From the NCBI RefSeq assembly GCF_009914755.1, contig NC_060929.1: 64,000 nt of DNA, one strand, 5' to 3'. Source of the stretch: the human T2T-CHM13v2.0 reference genome, Homo sapiens. This document shows positions 42,234-56,299 of this stretch, piece by piece (the stretch's first letter is position 1; each line of letters starts with the position of its first letter). A program made the position numbers and the translations under genes. The notes under the pieces were generated by a model that searched no databases, was not told the origin of the DNA, and saw only the letters and a program-made list of their open reading frames with translations.

Positions 42234-43260
42234 ACAGTTAACCAACTTCTGTAAGTATCTAGTGCCATGGATGTAGATAACCTGGAATAGTAGACAGAGT
42301 CTCTGCACTCTTAGATCTACATTCAGCAAGCAGAAAATTGCAATAAACAAATGATTAACAAGAAAACATCAGATAGAACTAAGTACTCTGATGAAATTAA
42401 TCATTAATATTCCTTAGGCTTCAGTATTTAACACTCAGTCTTCAGTTTGTTTTCTTTTCTTTGTATTCAGGTATCAGTGGATTTTTTTTTTCTTTTGTCA
42501 TGATTTAGACATCAATTGATTGACACCCAAATGTACATTTTCGAGAAAATTGAGAATACTGGAATACCACTCCAGATAAAGACAAAAAATGAAAGCAGAG
42601 AGAAAGTTAAGTGATTTAAGCAAGTTCATGCAGAAAAGGTTAAATGTAGTAAAACATTTTAGTTTATTGAGAACAATTTCATTATTATTTATATACCAAT
42701 TAGATTTTCTTCCTTTGATTTTCATTTTTAGATTAACTGTTTACCTGATAGAGGTAGTATTACCTGGCGTTCGTTTTGTGTTAATTAAAAAACAAAAACT
42801 TTGGACTATGATGATGTAGCTTAATGCGGATATATTGTTTGAGAAACTGAACAGAAATTTAATTACCGGAAAAAGGAATAAAAGATATTTAAATGCATGG
42901 CTAATTTGCTGTAATAACTGTTAAAAAATTTTTTAAAAACCTTTTTCCTTCCCTTACATTGCTATAACGAAATAATAGCTGTTAAGAATGAAATTGCTAA
43001 AGAAATTTCTATTCATAGATTAATAGTTCTTTTTTCTGCCTATACAATAGTTTTTGGGTGCTCATTAAAAAATATTAATAAATCAATCAAAAGTAATTAC
43101 TTGGCATATAAACCATCACATAACATGTTCAAGTCATTTTGTTACGATTTTTAAAAATAATTTCATTTTCTTCAACCTGAAAAAAGTCATTCCAGCCTAT
43201 ACAATTTGGTTGCTAATCTCTCTATTAAACTGTGTAGTATTTGTTTTAAAATTTGTATTT

Positions 43261-43382
43261 GCTGAGGCAGGAGAATGCTGTGAACCCGGGAGGCGGAGCT
43301 TGCAGTGAGCCGAGATGGCGCCATTGCACTCTAGCCTGGGCGAGTGAGCGAGACTCCGTCTCAAAAAAAAAAAAAAAAAAAA
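43261..43382 (+). mobile_element. 5'-truncated AluY (right-arm piece)
   Basis: gtgaacccgggaggcggagcttgcagtgagccgagat (Y diagnostic), A20 tail, and TSD aaaattt(g/a)tattt. Confidence 0.9.
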
Positions 43383-43394
43383 TTTATATTTGAA

Positions 43395-43690
43395 GGCCAG
43401 GTGTGGTGGCTGGCTCATGCCTGTAATCTCTGTACTTTCAGAGGCCAAGGTGGGTGGATCGCTTGAGCTCAGAAGTTCTAGACTAGCCTGGGCCACATGG
43501 AGAAACCCTGTATCTACAAAAAGTAAAAAATTAGCTGGGTGTGGTGGCACGTGCCTGTAGTCCTCAGGAGACTAAGGTGGGACGATGGCTTGAGCCCAGG
43601 AGGCAGAGGTTGCAGTGAGCCAAGATGACATCACTGTTCTCCAGCCTGGGTAACAGAACCAGACCCTGTGTTAGAAAACAAACAAAACAA
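43395..43690 (+). mobile_element. AluJ
   Basis: gcttgagctcag and gcttgagcccaggagg J-type positions. Confidence 0.9.
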
Positions 43691-45119
43691 TTATGTTTGA
43701 AGATGTTCTATCTGGCGGCTTAATTGTGGGTAGATTTTTGACAACGTATGTAGTGAAGGATTTATATGTTTTTGTCTCCAAAATCTTGTGTCTTGAATTT
43801 TGATATTTATTTTATGACATTAATTTCTTTAACTGAAAGTTTTTATAAAGAGAATGTGTGAATGTTATGATTTATTGCTTCATTTGGTACCAGATGAATT
43901 TTAAATCCTTTTTTTTATTATAGTATTGTGCAGAAAGTTGTTTCTCATTATACATATTTAAAAGCTTAAGGATCCACTGTTAATTTTTTAAATCATCGGT
44001 TTACTTCGCAAATCACAGATGAAGGATGTTATCTGAAACTAAGGAAAGGTTTTCTCTATCACAGTGTATCTAGAGATCTTTGAGAGTAGAGGCTAAGTTT
44101 TCTTGAAAATTCTCAAGGTTGTGTAAAAAAATCATTTGTTCCTTGGAAGGAGAAACAACTCATTCCAAAGTATCAGTTACACTTCTATTCTATATTTAAC
44201 TATATGGTATATGTTGTCAGAGGACTGTAAGAAGAATATAAACAAATTCAGATGTTTAAATCTGTCTTCTTTTTGAAACTTGAATTAATGCTGTCATACT
44301 GGTGATGTTAGAAAAAAAACATTTGAACAGCTGGAAGGGTACCACATAGTTAAGAAACAATCTTCGGACAGACTAATAGAGAAGAATACTTCGGTGAAGT
44401 AAACTCCAATGTATATGTATTTATATATGTATCATATATATACTTATATATAAATAAAATAATATTTTGAGGAAAACAAAACTTTTTATGTTGGATAAAT
44501 ATCAATTTTGATTTTAAACTTATGCTACATAAAGAGGAAATTTCAGATGTATTAAATACTCAAATATTTTTAAAAAGCCACAAAACTACTAGAAGAAAAT
44601 ATTACTGAACATTTTCCTATGTTGGAAAATAAACTGAATTAAAATGCAGGATAAAAACTGGGAATAATATGTACTGCTCTTGTGACAAAGTATTAATGTT
44701 TGTAAATATATAAGTAGATCATCCAAATTGGTTTAGAAAAAAGTAATGCACCAATTAAAAATGGACAAAGATTATGAATAAGATATTCATAATAGATTAA
44801 ATATAAATTTTTGTAAGATATTTAAAAACTTTTCAAGCCACTAGTAATGAAAATAATGATTAAGAAATGCAATTAGAAATTAATGAACTGTTAAACTTGT
44901 CTATCATCATCTACAGTGGCTTCCTTCGAACCTGCTCTCTACTCTAGCCAAAGTTATCTTTTAAAATTTCACATCAGCCAGTCTGGTTATAGTGGTCTCA
45001 ACAAGAATGGGTACAGTGGCTTTTTATGACTTTCAGGTGAAACACCAAATTTCTTGACCACACTTAGCATAATTTCCCTATTCTTTGGAAGGCTTTTACT
45101 TTTTTTAAAAAAAAGGTTT

Positions 45120-46940
45120 GTTTAAAAATTTAATTCCATTTTAGATTCAGTAGGTATATGTGCAGGTTTGTTACATGAATATATTGTATAATGGTGGGGT
45201 TTGGGCTTCTAGTATACCCATCACCCAAATAGTGAACATTGTACCACATAGGTAATTTTCAACCCCCTCCGCTTCTCCCACTTCGCCCTTTAGGAGTCCC
45301 CAGTGTCTATTATTTTCAGCTTTATGTCCAATATACCCATTATTTAGCCCCTGCTTATAAGTGAGAACATACGGTATTTGATTTTCTATTTCTGAGTTTT
45401 TTCACTTAGGATGATGGATCATGGCCTCCAGCTCCATCTAGTTGCTGCAAAGGACATTATTTCATTATTTTTTATGGCTGCATAGTATTCCATAGGGTAT
45501 ATATACCACATTTCCTTTATCCAATCAACTATTGGTGGATATTTAGGTTGATTCCATGACTTTGCTATTGTGAAGAGTATTACAATAAACATATGAGTGT
45601 AGGTGTCTTTTTGATATAATACCCAGTAGTGGGATTACTGGGTCAAATAGTAGTAGTTCTATTTTTAGTTCTTTGAAAAATTCTCCATGTTGTTTTCCAT
45701 AGAAGTTTAACTAATTTACATTCCCACCAACAGTGCATAACATTTTCTTTTCACCACATCCGCACTAGCATCTGTTGTTTTTTGACTTTTTCAAAATAGC
45801 CATTCTGACTGACGTAAAATGATATCTCATTGTGGTTTTAATTTGCATTTCTCTGATGATTAGTGATGTTGAGGTTTTTTTCATATATTTCTTGGTCATG
45901 TGTATGTCTTCTTTTGAGAAATGTGTGTTCATGTCGTTTGCCCACTTTTTAATGGAGTTGTTCATTTTTTTCTTGTGTTGTTTCAGTTCCCTGTAGATTC
46001 TGGATATTAGTACTTTGTTAGAGTCATAACTTGCAAATATTTTCTCCTATACTGTAGATTGTGTGTTTGTTCTGTTGATTATTTATTTTGATGTATAAAA
46101 ACTTTCTAGTTTAAGTCTCATTTATCTATGTTTGTTTTTGTTGCATTTGCTTTTGGGGTTGTTGTCATAAATTCTTCGTGTAGGCCAATGTCTGGAAGAG
46201 TGTTTCTTAGGTTTTCTTCTGGAATTTTTATAGTTTCAGGTTTACGTTTGAATCTTTAATCCATCTCGAGTTAATTTTTGTATATGGTGAGAGATAGGGG
46301 TCTAGTTTTATTCTTTTGCATATTGCTAGCCAATTTTCAGAGCACCATTTATTGGATAGGGTAGCCTTTCCTCACTGTTTATTTTTGTGAACTTTGTCAA
46401 AGGTCAGTTGGTTGTAGGTAGATGGCTTTATTTCTGGGTTCTCTGTTCTGTTTCATTGATCTGTGTCTATATTTGTACAAGTATCATGCAGTTTTAGTTA
46501 TGATATGGTTTGGCTGTGTCCCCACCCAAATCTCATCTTGAATTGTAGCTCCCACAATTCCCACGTGTTGTGGCAGGTACCTGGTTGGAGATAATTGAAT
46601 CACGAGGGCAGTTTTCCCCATACTGTTCTTGTGATAGTGAATAATTGTTACAGGATCTGATGGTTTTATAAGGGGTTTCCTCTTTTGCTTGGCTCTCATT
46701 CTCTCGTCTGCTGCCATGTAAGAAGTGCCTTTCGCCTTCTGCCTTCCACCATAATTGTGAGGCCTCCTCAGCCACTTGGAACTGTGAGTAAAGCCTCTTT
46801 TTCTTCATAAATTACCCAGTCTCAGGTATGTCTTTATTAGCAGTGTGAAAACGGACTAATACAAGTTACTTTAGCCTTGTAGTATAATTTAAAGTCAGGT
46901 AATATGATGCCTCCAGATTTGTTGTTTTTGCTTAGGATTA
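45120..46940 (-). mobile_element. Older primate L1 (L1PA15-16/L1PB-like) 3' end, interrupted by THE1
   Basis: Antisense 3' UTR and ORF2 remnant ([16 protein letters not shown]..). The L1 resumes at 46864. Confidence 0.88.
46501..46863 (+). mobile_element. THE1 solo LTR, complete
   Basis: tgatatggtttggctgtgtcccc...aaacggactaataca termini and a perfect 5-bp TSD agtta. Confidence 0.95.
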
Positions 46941-46958
46941 AACAACAAATTTCTTTAA

Positions 46959-47306
<348 letters not shown>

Positions 47307-48204
47307 CTATGAACTCTTACTAATCTGAATGGATACTGGTTGTAATCACAGACATGACGCTATGAAAGAAGAGCAAAACAAGAAAGGAAGATATAAGGAT
47401 TGAAGGCCTGGGAAAAAAATTTGGGGGGTATTACCTGGGCTGGTTGTATCAATTCAGTTATGAACAAGTGTAGTTGGAGTAAGTAGCTATCAAGTGTGGT
47501 CTGAAATCTTACAAGTGAAGAAATTCTGACTGGTAAGTTCCAAGTTAAAAATGGTAGAATGAGTTACTGAAGTTGAGCCTAGATGAGTACTCTTGGAGAT
47601 GAAGCCATCCAAGGAACTTTGAGGCCTTGGGTATAAGAATCATTTATGATATTGTTGGGGGTTGAGCTGGAAAGAAAATAATCTTAAGCTACTTGCCAAA
47701 TACAAATACCTCAGTAAATGAAAGGGAGTGTCTGAGAGGTAGATGAGAGTATTGAGAATGTAAATATCCACAAATGGTTTCATTTATGCTATTATTATAC
47801 CTACTGCATCTCTTATAATTATTTTCTATATAAACTTTTACTGCTTAACACAGTACCTGGCAAAGAGTAGGTACTCGATAAATTTTTCTTTGAACATGCT
47901 TGATATTGCAAAATGAAACCATCAGCATTTAGGTTGCAGTTTTTAGTTAAATGTGTGACTCACTCTACATATTCCTTGTATATAAATACCAAACAAAAAC
48001 AAAACACTAAGCTAATGTATAGGGGTAAATTAGTCTAGTATCTGTGTGATAAAGTAATAAACTCATAATTCTGACAGAAAGGAAAGGATGCAGAGTGATA
48101 GTCTTGACTAACATAGCTATCATTTATAGATAGGCAAAGTAGAAATTTGGCATACTGTGTTATTTAAGCAGGGCCAGAATGAACTATGTCCTCTAAAATA
48201 TCTT

Positions 48205-48822
48205 AGCCACAACCACTACTTTGGAAAGCCTATTGGGCAGTGTCTACTAAAGAAGGAAATGTGTACACCCTGTGACTCAGTATATCTGCTCCTGGATATA
48301 TACTCAATAGAAATACATACATATGCTCTCAAAAAGGCATGTACAAGAATATTCACAGGAGCACAATTTATAATGACCCCAGCTAGAAACTGTCCAGATG
48401 TCAGTCAACAGTAGAATACATAAATTGTGGGATACTTACCCAATGGGATACTCCGCAGTAATGAAAATGAACAGATTACAACTACATGCAGCAGTATGGC
48501 TGAATCTTACAAAAATAATGCTAAGTGAAAAGACACCAGACATTACATATTCTGTGATTCCATTTATATGGAGCTCAAAAAAATGTAAAAGTAATCAATG
48601 ACATTCGATTTTAGAATAGTGGTTCCCCTTGGTAGAGTGGGTGTAGTGACTGAAAGGGGCCACACAAGACACTTCTAGAGTATAGACAGTGACTTGTTTC
48701 TTGATCTGTGTTCTGGTTACAGGGACTTTTTCAATCTGCAAAAATTTATAACCTGCACACTTTTGATTTGTAAACTTTGCTATATTCATCTTGTACTTCA
48801 ATGAAAAAATTTAGAAAAAAAT
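48205..48822 (+). mobile_element. Old L1M (L1ME/MC-like) 3' end
   Basis: gtacaagaatattcacag..aatgaacagattacaactacatgcagcagtatgg..gattccatttatatgg. Confidence 0.75.
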
Positions 48823-48870
48823 TGTTCTAACTTAGCATAGGACCAAAATGAAAGCATGCTTAACTTGTCT

Positions 48871-48874
<4 letters not shown>

Positions 48875-48902
<28 letters not shown>
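48875..48902. repeat. (TG)n microsatellite
   Basis: Directly visible. Confidence 0.95.
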
Positions 48903-48908
<6 letters not shown>

Positions 48909-49830
48909 TAGATTGTGTGTTGAGCTTTCTATGGCTATCTTTTCAGAATTATCTGGGAGAAGGAGGAGCTTTTTAAACCATATATGCCATACTTACTTTT
49001 CTCTGTTACCGACTCTCTAACCATTATTATTACGTTTCTTCTATGGACTATGTACCTCTTATTCTTTCTCTTTTACTGAGAAACTATAGTTCGCTATTAT
49101 TTTTGATAACAAAGTGTTGTATTCTTCAGATCTCTTGTGGTTGAAAAATAATGACTTTTGGGCAAAGGATTTTTGTCTTAAAGATCCTTATTAAATTCTG
49201 AATGCCTCTTGGAGAAGTAGCATGTTAAGCATCATCAGACATTAATATGTACCTCAATTCAGGGGCTTGAGGAATGCAGGAGCGGTGAAATCAGCATGGA
49301 AGTAGATAGCACAAGCATGTGAAATGATACTTTGAAGTAGTCTTTATTCTGATAGGCAGGCTAGTGAGGGGCATAGTGCTGGAAGGGAAGGTGAGAAGTT
49401 GCTGATGATTAATTTAGCCCATTTCACAAATTTGTGTAAGCCTAGCTCTTCCCTTTTCAAAAGTAATTTAGGTTAAGATAAGTATATAGGAAAAAATAAT
49501 TTAGAATAGAGGAGAAGGCTTGGGAAAAGCTCTTGAAATTTTGGAAAGAAGAACTCATTTCTTTTCTGTGGTATAGCCAGGAATGGTGGTGGCTACAGGG
49601 TTTAGCAAGGACAAGGAGGATATGGGTTAGGCATGTAACTTGGAAGGAGTTGAAGTAAAGTAGGATATGGATTATGAAAGACACCTGGTTTCAGAAGTCA
49701 GTGAACAAAGGACTAAGAAGGTTAGGTAGAGATGGAATCCAGTTGGTAAGAAAAAGCTTTAGTTGTCTTTTGAGAGATTTGGTTAACCTAAGAGTCTCCA
49801 GAACCTTAGTCATTACAAATAGCTACTTTT

Positions 49831-50120
49831 GGCCCGGCCCAGTGGCTCATGCCTGTAATCCCAGCACTTTGGGAGGCTGAGGCAGTTGGATCACCTGAGG
49901 TCAGGAGTTTGAGACCAGCCTGGCCAATGTGGTGAAATCCCGTCTCTACTAAAAATACAAAAATTAGCCAGGCGTGGTGGTGTCACCTGTAATCCCAGCT
50001 ACTCGAGAGGCTGAGGCAGGAGAAACGCTTGAACCCAGGAGGCAGAGGATGCATGAGCCGAGATTGCCCCATCAATCAAAATTGACACTCCATCTCAAAA
50101 CAAAAACAAAAACAAAAAAC
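49831..50120 (+). mobile_element. AluS with a deletion-insertion in the right arm
   Basis: Alu body, (CAAAA)n tail and TSD acaaata(g/a)ctacttt. Confidence 0.93.
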
Positions 50121-50329
50121 AAATAACTACTTTCTGAAACTCTGGTAGTTAAATGGCTCTTGTTTGTTTCTTTATAATAAGGCACAGTTTTTATGGAGCC
50201 TGAGCGTTGTTCTTATTCCACAAAGGACTTTTTTTTTTTTGGCAAGGGGATAAATTACTCTGTCCTAATTAAAATTTAATTTTGATGGGAACTCTTTTCT
50301 CTCCCCCAGTTTTTTGTTGCTAAGGCCAT

Positions 50330-50535
50330 TAAGGAAGAATTAAGAAAGAGGGAAAAGGAGATATGTGTCAGGAGAAAGGTAGCAAAAGAAACAGGTGAGG
50401 GAAGGAAGAAGATCAGTAAAGAAAGGTGAGGAAGATGAAAGGTAAAGAACAGAAGAGAAAGAAAATACAGGAATGAGAGGCAGATAAAAGGACAAACAAA
50501 AAGGGAGTAGGAAAAAGGAGATGAAGAAGAGGGTC
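50330..50535. repeat. GA-rich low-complexity tract
   Basis: Strongly purine-biased + strand. Confidence 0.75.
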
Positions 50536-53085
50536 TGAGGTAAGAAAAGCTTTTCATTCCCTCTTCTTTCACTTTTCCCATACTCCCCTGCTTGACACAG
50601 GGTACTATGATATGACCCACTTCCCTCTTCTCTCCTGCTTTACTCTCCAGGTTTCCATTTTTATTGACTACTGACTTGTGAACTTTTCCTCTGTTTCTTT
50701 TTTAAACTGGAGCTGTACAAGGTAAGAATTCATAGACAAAAGGCATTGATTATATTTGCATTCTCAAATTAAAAATATTTGGAATTTAAAATAAAAATAT
50801 TTATTGAACCAATCTTACCTAAAGGTGTCAAAACTCTTCCTTTATAGTTTAATAAAATCTAACATATGGATCCAATTTGTGGTTCAGATACTTAGGAAAA
50901 TTCATTATTATACTTGATTCAAGTTTTACATCAACAGCCTAGTATAAAATTTTTAGAAAATTTGTTTATCTGTACTTACTTGATTCATTCCAAATTGTTG
51001 ATTCCCAAAGTTTTTATTGGGAGGTATTTAATAAGATAAAATGAAATGGGAAATTTAGATGTTTACCTTAATAATTTGGGTACCCCCCCGACCCCCTGCC
51101 AAACAGAAATCTGAAATGTAATTAATTGTAGCATTGGATCGGGAGGGGCCTGGATGAGTATAGACTTGCGTTATATATATAGTTACTTCAATTATCTATT
51201 AATTATGTTGTGGGTATTTAGATATAGCTTATGTTCACAGTATTATATAATTATTACAGATAGCTGTATTTTTTGATATAGTGAACCTTTTCCAATTTTA
51301 TTACTTATAAAATATTCATAGTCTTTGCTATTTATTAGGCCCCAGTGTAGGTGTGTTATTATAAAAGAAAATTGCCAGAAAACTCTATCATGTTCGCTCA
51401 TGGGTTGGATGGCATAAGATGAAATTCAAATAATCATGAAAACTCTTACTGAGATTCGTTTTTGTTCTCCCTTTGTGTATAATAGAATCATATAGACTTT
51501 TTGGATAACTGCCAACAATTTCATATTATATTTGATCATGTTTTCCAGGATTTAATTCCTGTATTAAATCTAATACAAATTAATTGAACATAGGATTCTA
51601 TATTTTGATCAGTTAGCATTTTCTAGTGTGATACAGTATTCTGTATCATCTTTCATTCATATAATTGTCTTTGTGTATTAAACATGTATTTAATCAGAAA
51701 ATTTCATTGCCAGTCTTTATAAAATAATAATGACAATCCACGAGGCTTTCTTCTATTCCAGAGAACTATGATACAAAGATGATATGTAGATACGTTGATT
51801 TTGACTTTTTTGCTAGCTATTTAACTCAACAGAAATTAATACCTATGTGCTTTCTAGCATTTAGAGGCCTCATTTTAACTTAGTGGTTGCTCATTATAAT
51901 TTTAAAATTGTGCTGAGGAATTAAATCATAATTGTTTCTATTTTTAAGATAGGCCATGCTTTTAAGGTGATGGAGTAATTATTGTAAACACTTAAGATAA
52001 TTTGGTATATGGGGAGTAAAACAAGCATGGACTAGTCACACTAGACCAATGAAACACTGGTCTTTTGTTCTCCACAGGAATATGAAAGTCTAATTTAACT
52101 TTTTTTCAGATAAGTCAGTTTAAGTAGAAATAATTTAATTTTTGTTTGCTCTTCCTTATTGTTTTCTTGGGTGATTTTGGGGGATGTTGCCTCTTTCCCA
52201 TTTCCCAAAGTCAGAGACAGCTTTGATTTCTTGCTGAGTAGGTGTATGATGTGACTTGGGATTATAACTAAAAACCAAAGAACACAAGGGAAGCTTCTTG
52301 TTTGCTTCTAATTTTCCTTAGAGTCAAACAAATGATTAACAGGAAGTATGAAAAAGGTGATACTTTAAGCTTCAGCTTTATCACCTCTAAGAAAGGTAGC
52401 TCAGTAGAATGACCATGTCTGGGAGTCTGAAGATGCCAAGGAGCATGATGTCACCAACTCTTGGTAATCAGGCTTTTGTTTTAAATTGTTCAGAGATAAG
52501 ACTGTGCTCCCTGAATAAGTAAACCTCACATTGCAGGGCTTTTTATAAAAGATTTACATGCTTGTGTTCATTTACTCATTTATTTATTTCCTGCCTTACT
52601 CCCCAGAGTATTTGAGGTAGCTAATGACAACAACATTCAGGAAAATATAAATATAAAATAAAATGAGAACCAGGAACAATGTAAGTTGTAACAGGATATC
52701 AAGACTATAGTTCATAGGATGTATGTATAGTTACTACCCTAGAGCTACTATTTTGTCTCTAAGCTTTCCAAAGGCCAAAATGAAAAGGGAGATAAAGTCA
52801 TATAACACTCTTAAATAAAAGAAAGCATGTCACATTGCAGGGGAAGCAAAGCTTTTCATTGTATTGAGCCCTGATAGAATTTCTTACTGGAGGCTTTCAT
52901 TCTGACGTTCTTAGTGGCGGTGCCCTTGACAATATCACTAAAGCTAATGTAGGAAGGAGACTCATAAGACCATCTCTTGCAGAATCTAGAATCCATCAGT
53001 GAAAGTGGAGGCCATGACATCAAAATCATTCTATGTGGGCCTAAGAATGCAGCTGTCTCTAAATTGATTTTATCCAATAATATAA

Positions 53086-53426
<341 letters not shown>

Positions 53427-55129
53427 TTGGACTGGGTGTGTTTTTAACAATCCTTTCTTAGTGTCATTTCTCTCAGCTAAAGTTTGGATATGCAATGGAT
53501 AATTGTATTCTGTGTGGAGTTCTCAATTGTATTCTGAGGAGAGTTCTCGATTGCAGATATTCTATACTTGTTTGAGGCTAGATCTGTAAAATTAGTAGGA
53601 TTTGTTAGTTAATTCATTAGCTGAGTTTCAAAAATTTTGAAGCTGTATTTTAAAACAATTAGATAATTTCTGTGTTAAAAATAATGTTTATATTTGTGAA
53701 ATTATAACTCCCACAAGTTATTGAAATCACTTCCCTTTTTAGGATTAAAAAATATTACTGATGATTGAAGGGTAATTTTCAATGTTAAACTTCAACTTTT
53801 GCTTATAATTTTCATGTTACATTTTACTCATTGATATCTTACTATTTCTGCTTGTTTTTTTTTTTTAAATCAGAGTTGGATCTTGTAATTCTAGTTGGTT
53901 ATTCTTGATTTCACTTTGTAGATTTTTTTTTATGGCTTTATAGATGATCAGTATTTCTATAGGTTTTAGAGATGAGTAAAGAGTACAGAAAATTTAGCTA
54001 TTGTATGAAACATGTCCTATTTTGGAGGGAGGGTTTTTCTAAACAAGTTTATTTAGTAGCTATTAAAATGGAAAATTTTAAATTTTCCAAAAGATTCTTT
54101 GAGAGATACTTAATTTGATTCATTGACATTTGTCAATAAGGCCTCATATCTTAAGTCATTTTAATGTGTCATTTAACAAAACTTACTAAAAGAACTAATC
54201 CTTAATTACTCTTTACTGTGTGCTAAACAGTATGCTAGATATATAACATACTTTATTTACTACTGGCAAACAGTCCTGCAAGGGAGTTATTCCAGCCTTT
54301 CAGACAAGAACATTGAAGCTTGAAGAGATTAAGGAACTTTATCAGAATCGGTGTGGCAGATTCAAACTCAAATAGAAACTTCTTGACAATGAAGTTTCTA
54401 TTTTATACAATCAGTGTTGCATGATTACTAAGCCAACAGATGTGTAATCAGAGGGACTTTAGTTCAAATCCTCTGTGCTATTAATGTATCACCATAGGCA
54501 AAATCACATAACCTCTCTGAGATAAGATTCCTTACTGGTTAAAAGTGGCAAGTCATAGAAACCTCATAGAATTGTCTTAAAAGTTACGTGAAATAATGCT
54601 TGCAAAAATGTTTAGTACAGTGCCTGGTATATAGCTAAGTTCAATAAATGGTAGCTATAAAGAAGTAGAGTTTTTAGTATTTTCATTTCAGAGACTACAG
54701 TCCCCTTATTATAGATATTTTAGTTCTTTTTAGTTATGTAATACCTGAAGGTAAGAAATTACCAGCAGGTGGAGCTCAGTATCAGAAAAAACAAATTTCT
54801 GAAATTGAGGTATTTTATCACCTTATGTTTTAAAAATAAAATTAAATGCATATAGTTTTAAAATTTACATGTGAAGGCCTTCTTTTTTAATCCTACCTAC
54901 CAAAAGTTATCACCCTGCAACTTGGTTTTTGAATATGTAGAAGGAATGCTTTTGTTATAATTATTTTAAATTGTTTGCTATATCTGGTGTCATACATAAG
55001 GTATGACAGTTCATTTGCATGAATAAGACATTTTTAATGTGAACTTAATTTATAAAGATTGTCTTCAAATTTGGTCACTTCATACAATAAAGTAATTACA
55101 CTGATAATCTTAAATTTAACTTGTCAAAA

Positions 55130-56140
55130 CCCTCAAATCTGCCATTCCCACAGTCTTCTTAGGGTATTTTCAGTCAATTGCTTAAGTCCAAATCTTGGGA
55201 ATCACCCTTGTGTTCACTTTCTTCCAAATCCTGTTAGCAAGTTGTCTTGATATTACCTCCAAAATATATTCCAAATCTGACCTCTTGATAACATTTCCAT
55301 TGTGATCATCCTGGTAAATTCACCATAAATTAAGGTCTGAACTACTTCAGCCAGTTTACCTGTTTGTTCCCTTGCCCTTTGTAAATTTTATTTTCTGTAT
55401 AATAACTTGAGTTATCGTAATGTATAAATGAGATTTTATATTTCTCCTGCTTATGACCCTCCATTGGTATTCCTATATAACCAGAATGAAATTCTAATCC
55501 TCACCATGAACTCAATTACATAATCTCATCCCTGCCTACTTCCCCTCATTATTTCCTACCAGTCCTCATCCATCACACTCCAGCCATTGAGGTCTTACTG
55601 TCCTTTGGGTACACTAAGTGTCTTCTTATCTCTGGGACTTTATGTTTCATCTCTTTTTAATACTTATTCCCCAGATCTTCGTATGACCAACTGCCTTCTT
55701 TTGATAATTTCAGGTCAAATGATACTTCTTTGAGAGATCTCTGACTACTTCAGCTGTAATAGGCCCTATCAGACCCCTGTCATCATTATTTATCCTATTG
55801 CCTTTTTCCTTTTCTTGCAAAGCACTTACTTTAGTATCTTTACTATTTCTACTATTACTACAATTATTACTATTTTGTTGGTTAGAATTTACTCTGTGGT
55901 AGGTTAGTTCTAAATATTTCCATGCATTAAATACTAATATATGTACTTTGGTATGTATGAACTCATTTGATTATGGTATGTATGTATGTATGTGTGTATG
56001 TTTTTATTATCTGTCTTCTATAATCCCTGCTTGTTCCTTAAACTGTAGCTCTCAGAAGGTAGGCACTTTCATTATGTTTACTACTATTTCCTCTGCCTTG
56101 TACAGTGCTTGCTATGTAGGGGAGGCTAAGTAAATATTTT
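55130..56140 (+). mobile_element. L2 fragment(s)
   Basis: caagttgtcttga..acctccaaaatatattccaaatctgacc and cctgcttatgaccctccattgg; L2 3' terminus near 56100-56145. Confidence 0.65.
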
Positions 56141-56299
56141 TTGAATATTGAACAAGCTCTTAGAACTCGTATCAACAAGTAGAGTTATCAAATATTTATG
56201 TAAAATAATCTCCTAGGGGATAGGGAACATATCAGTGGAAGAAATCATACCTGACCGATTATTCTTAGAGTCTTTTTTTATGAAGGTAATAGGGTATAT

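Noticed and set aside
52060-52120. Good-looking 3' splice sites (tcttttgttctccacag; also at about 42450-42470 and 39465-39475)
   Set aside because: No FER-like peptide or convincing paired donor follows. Such motifs are frequent in T-rich introns.
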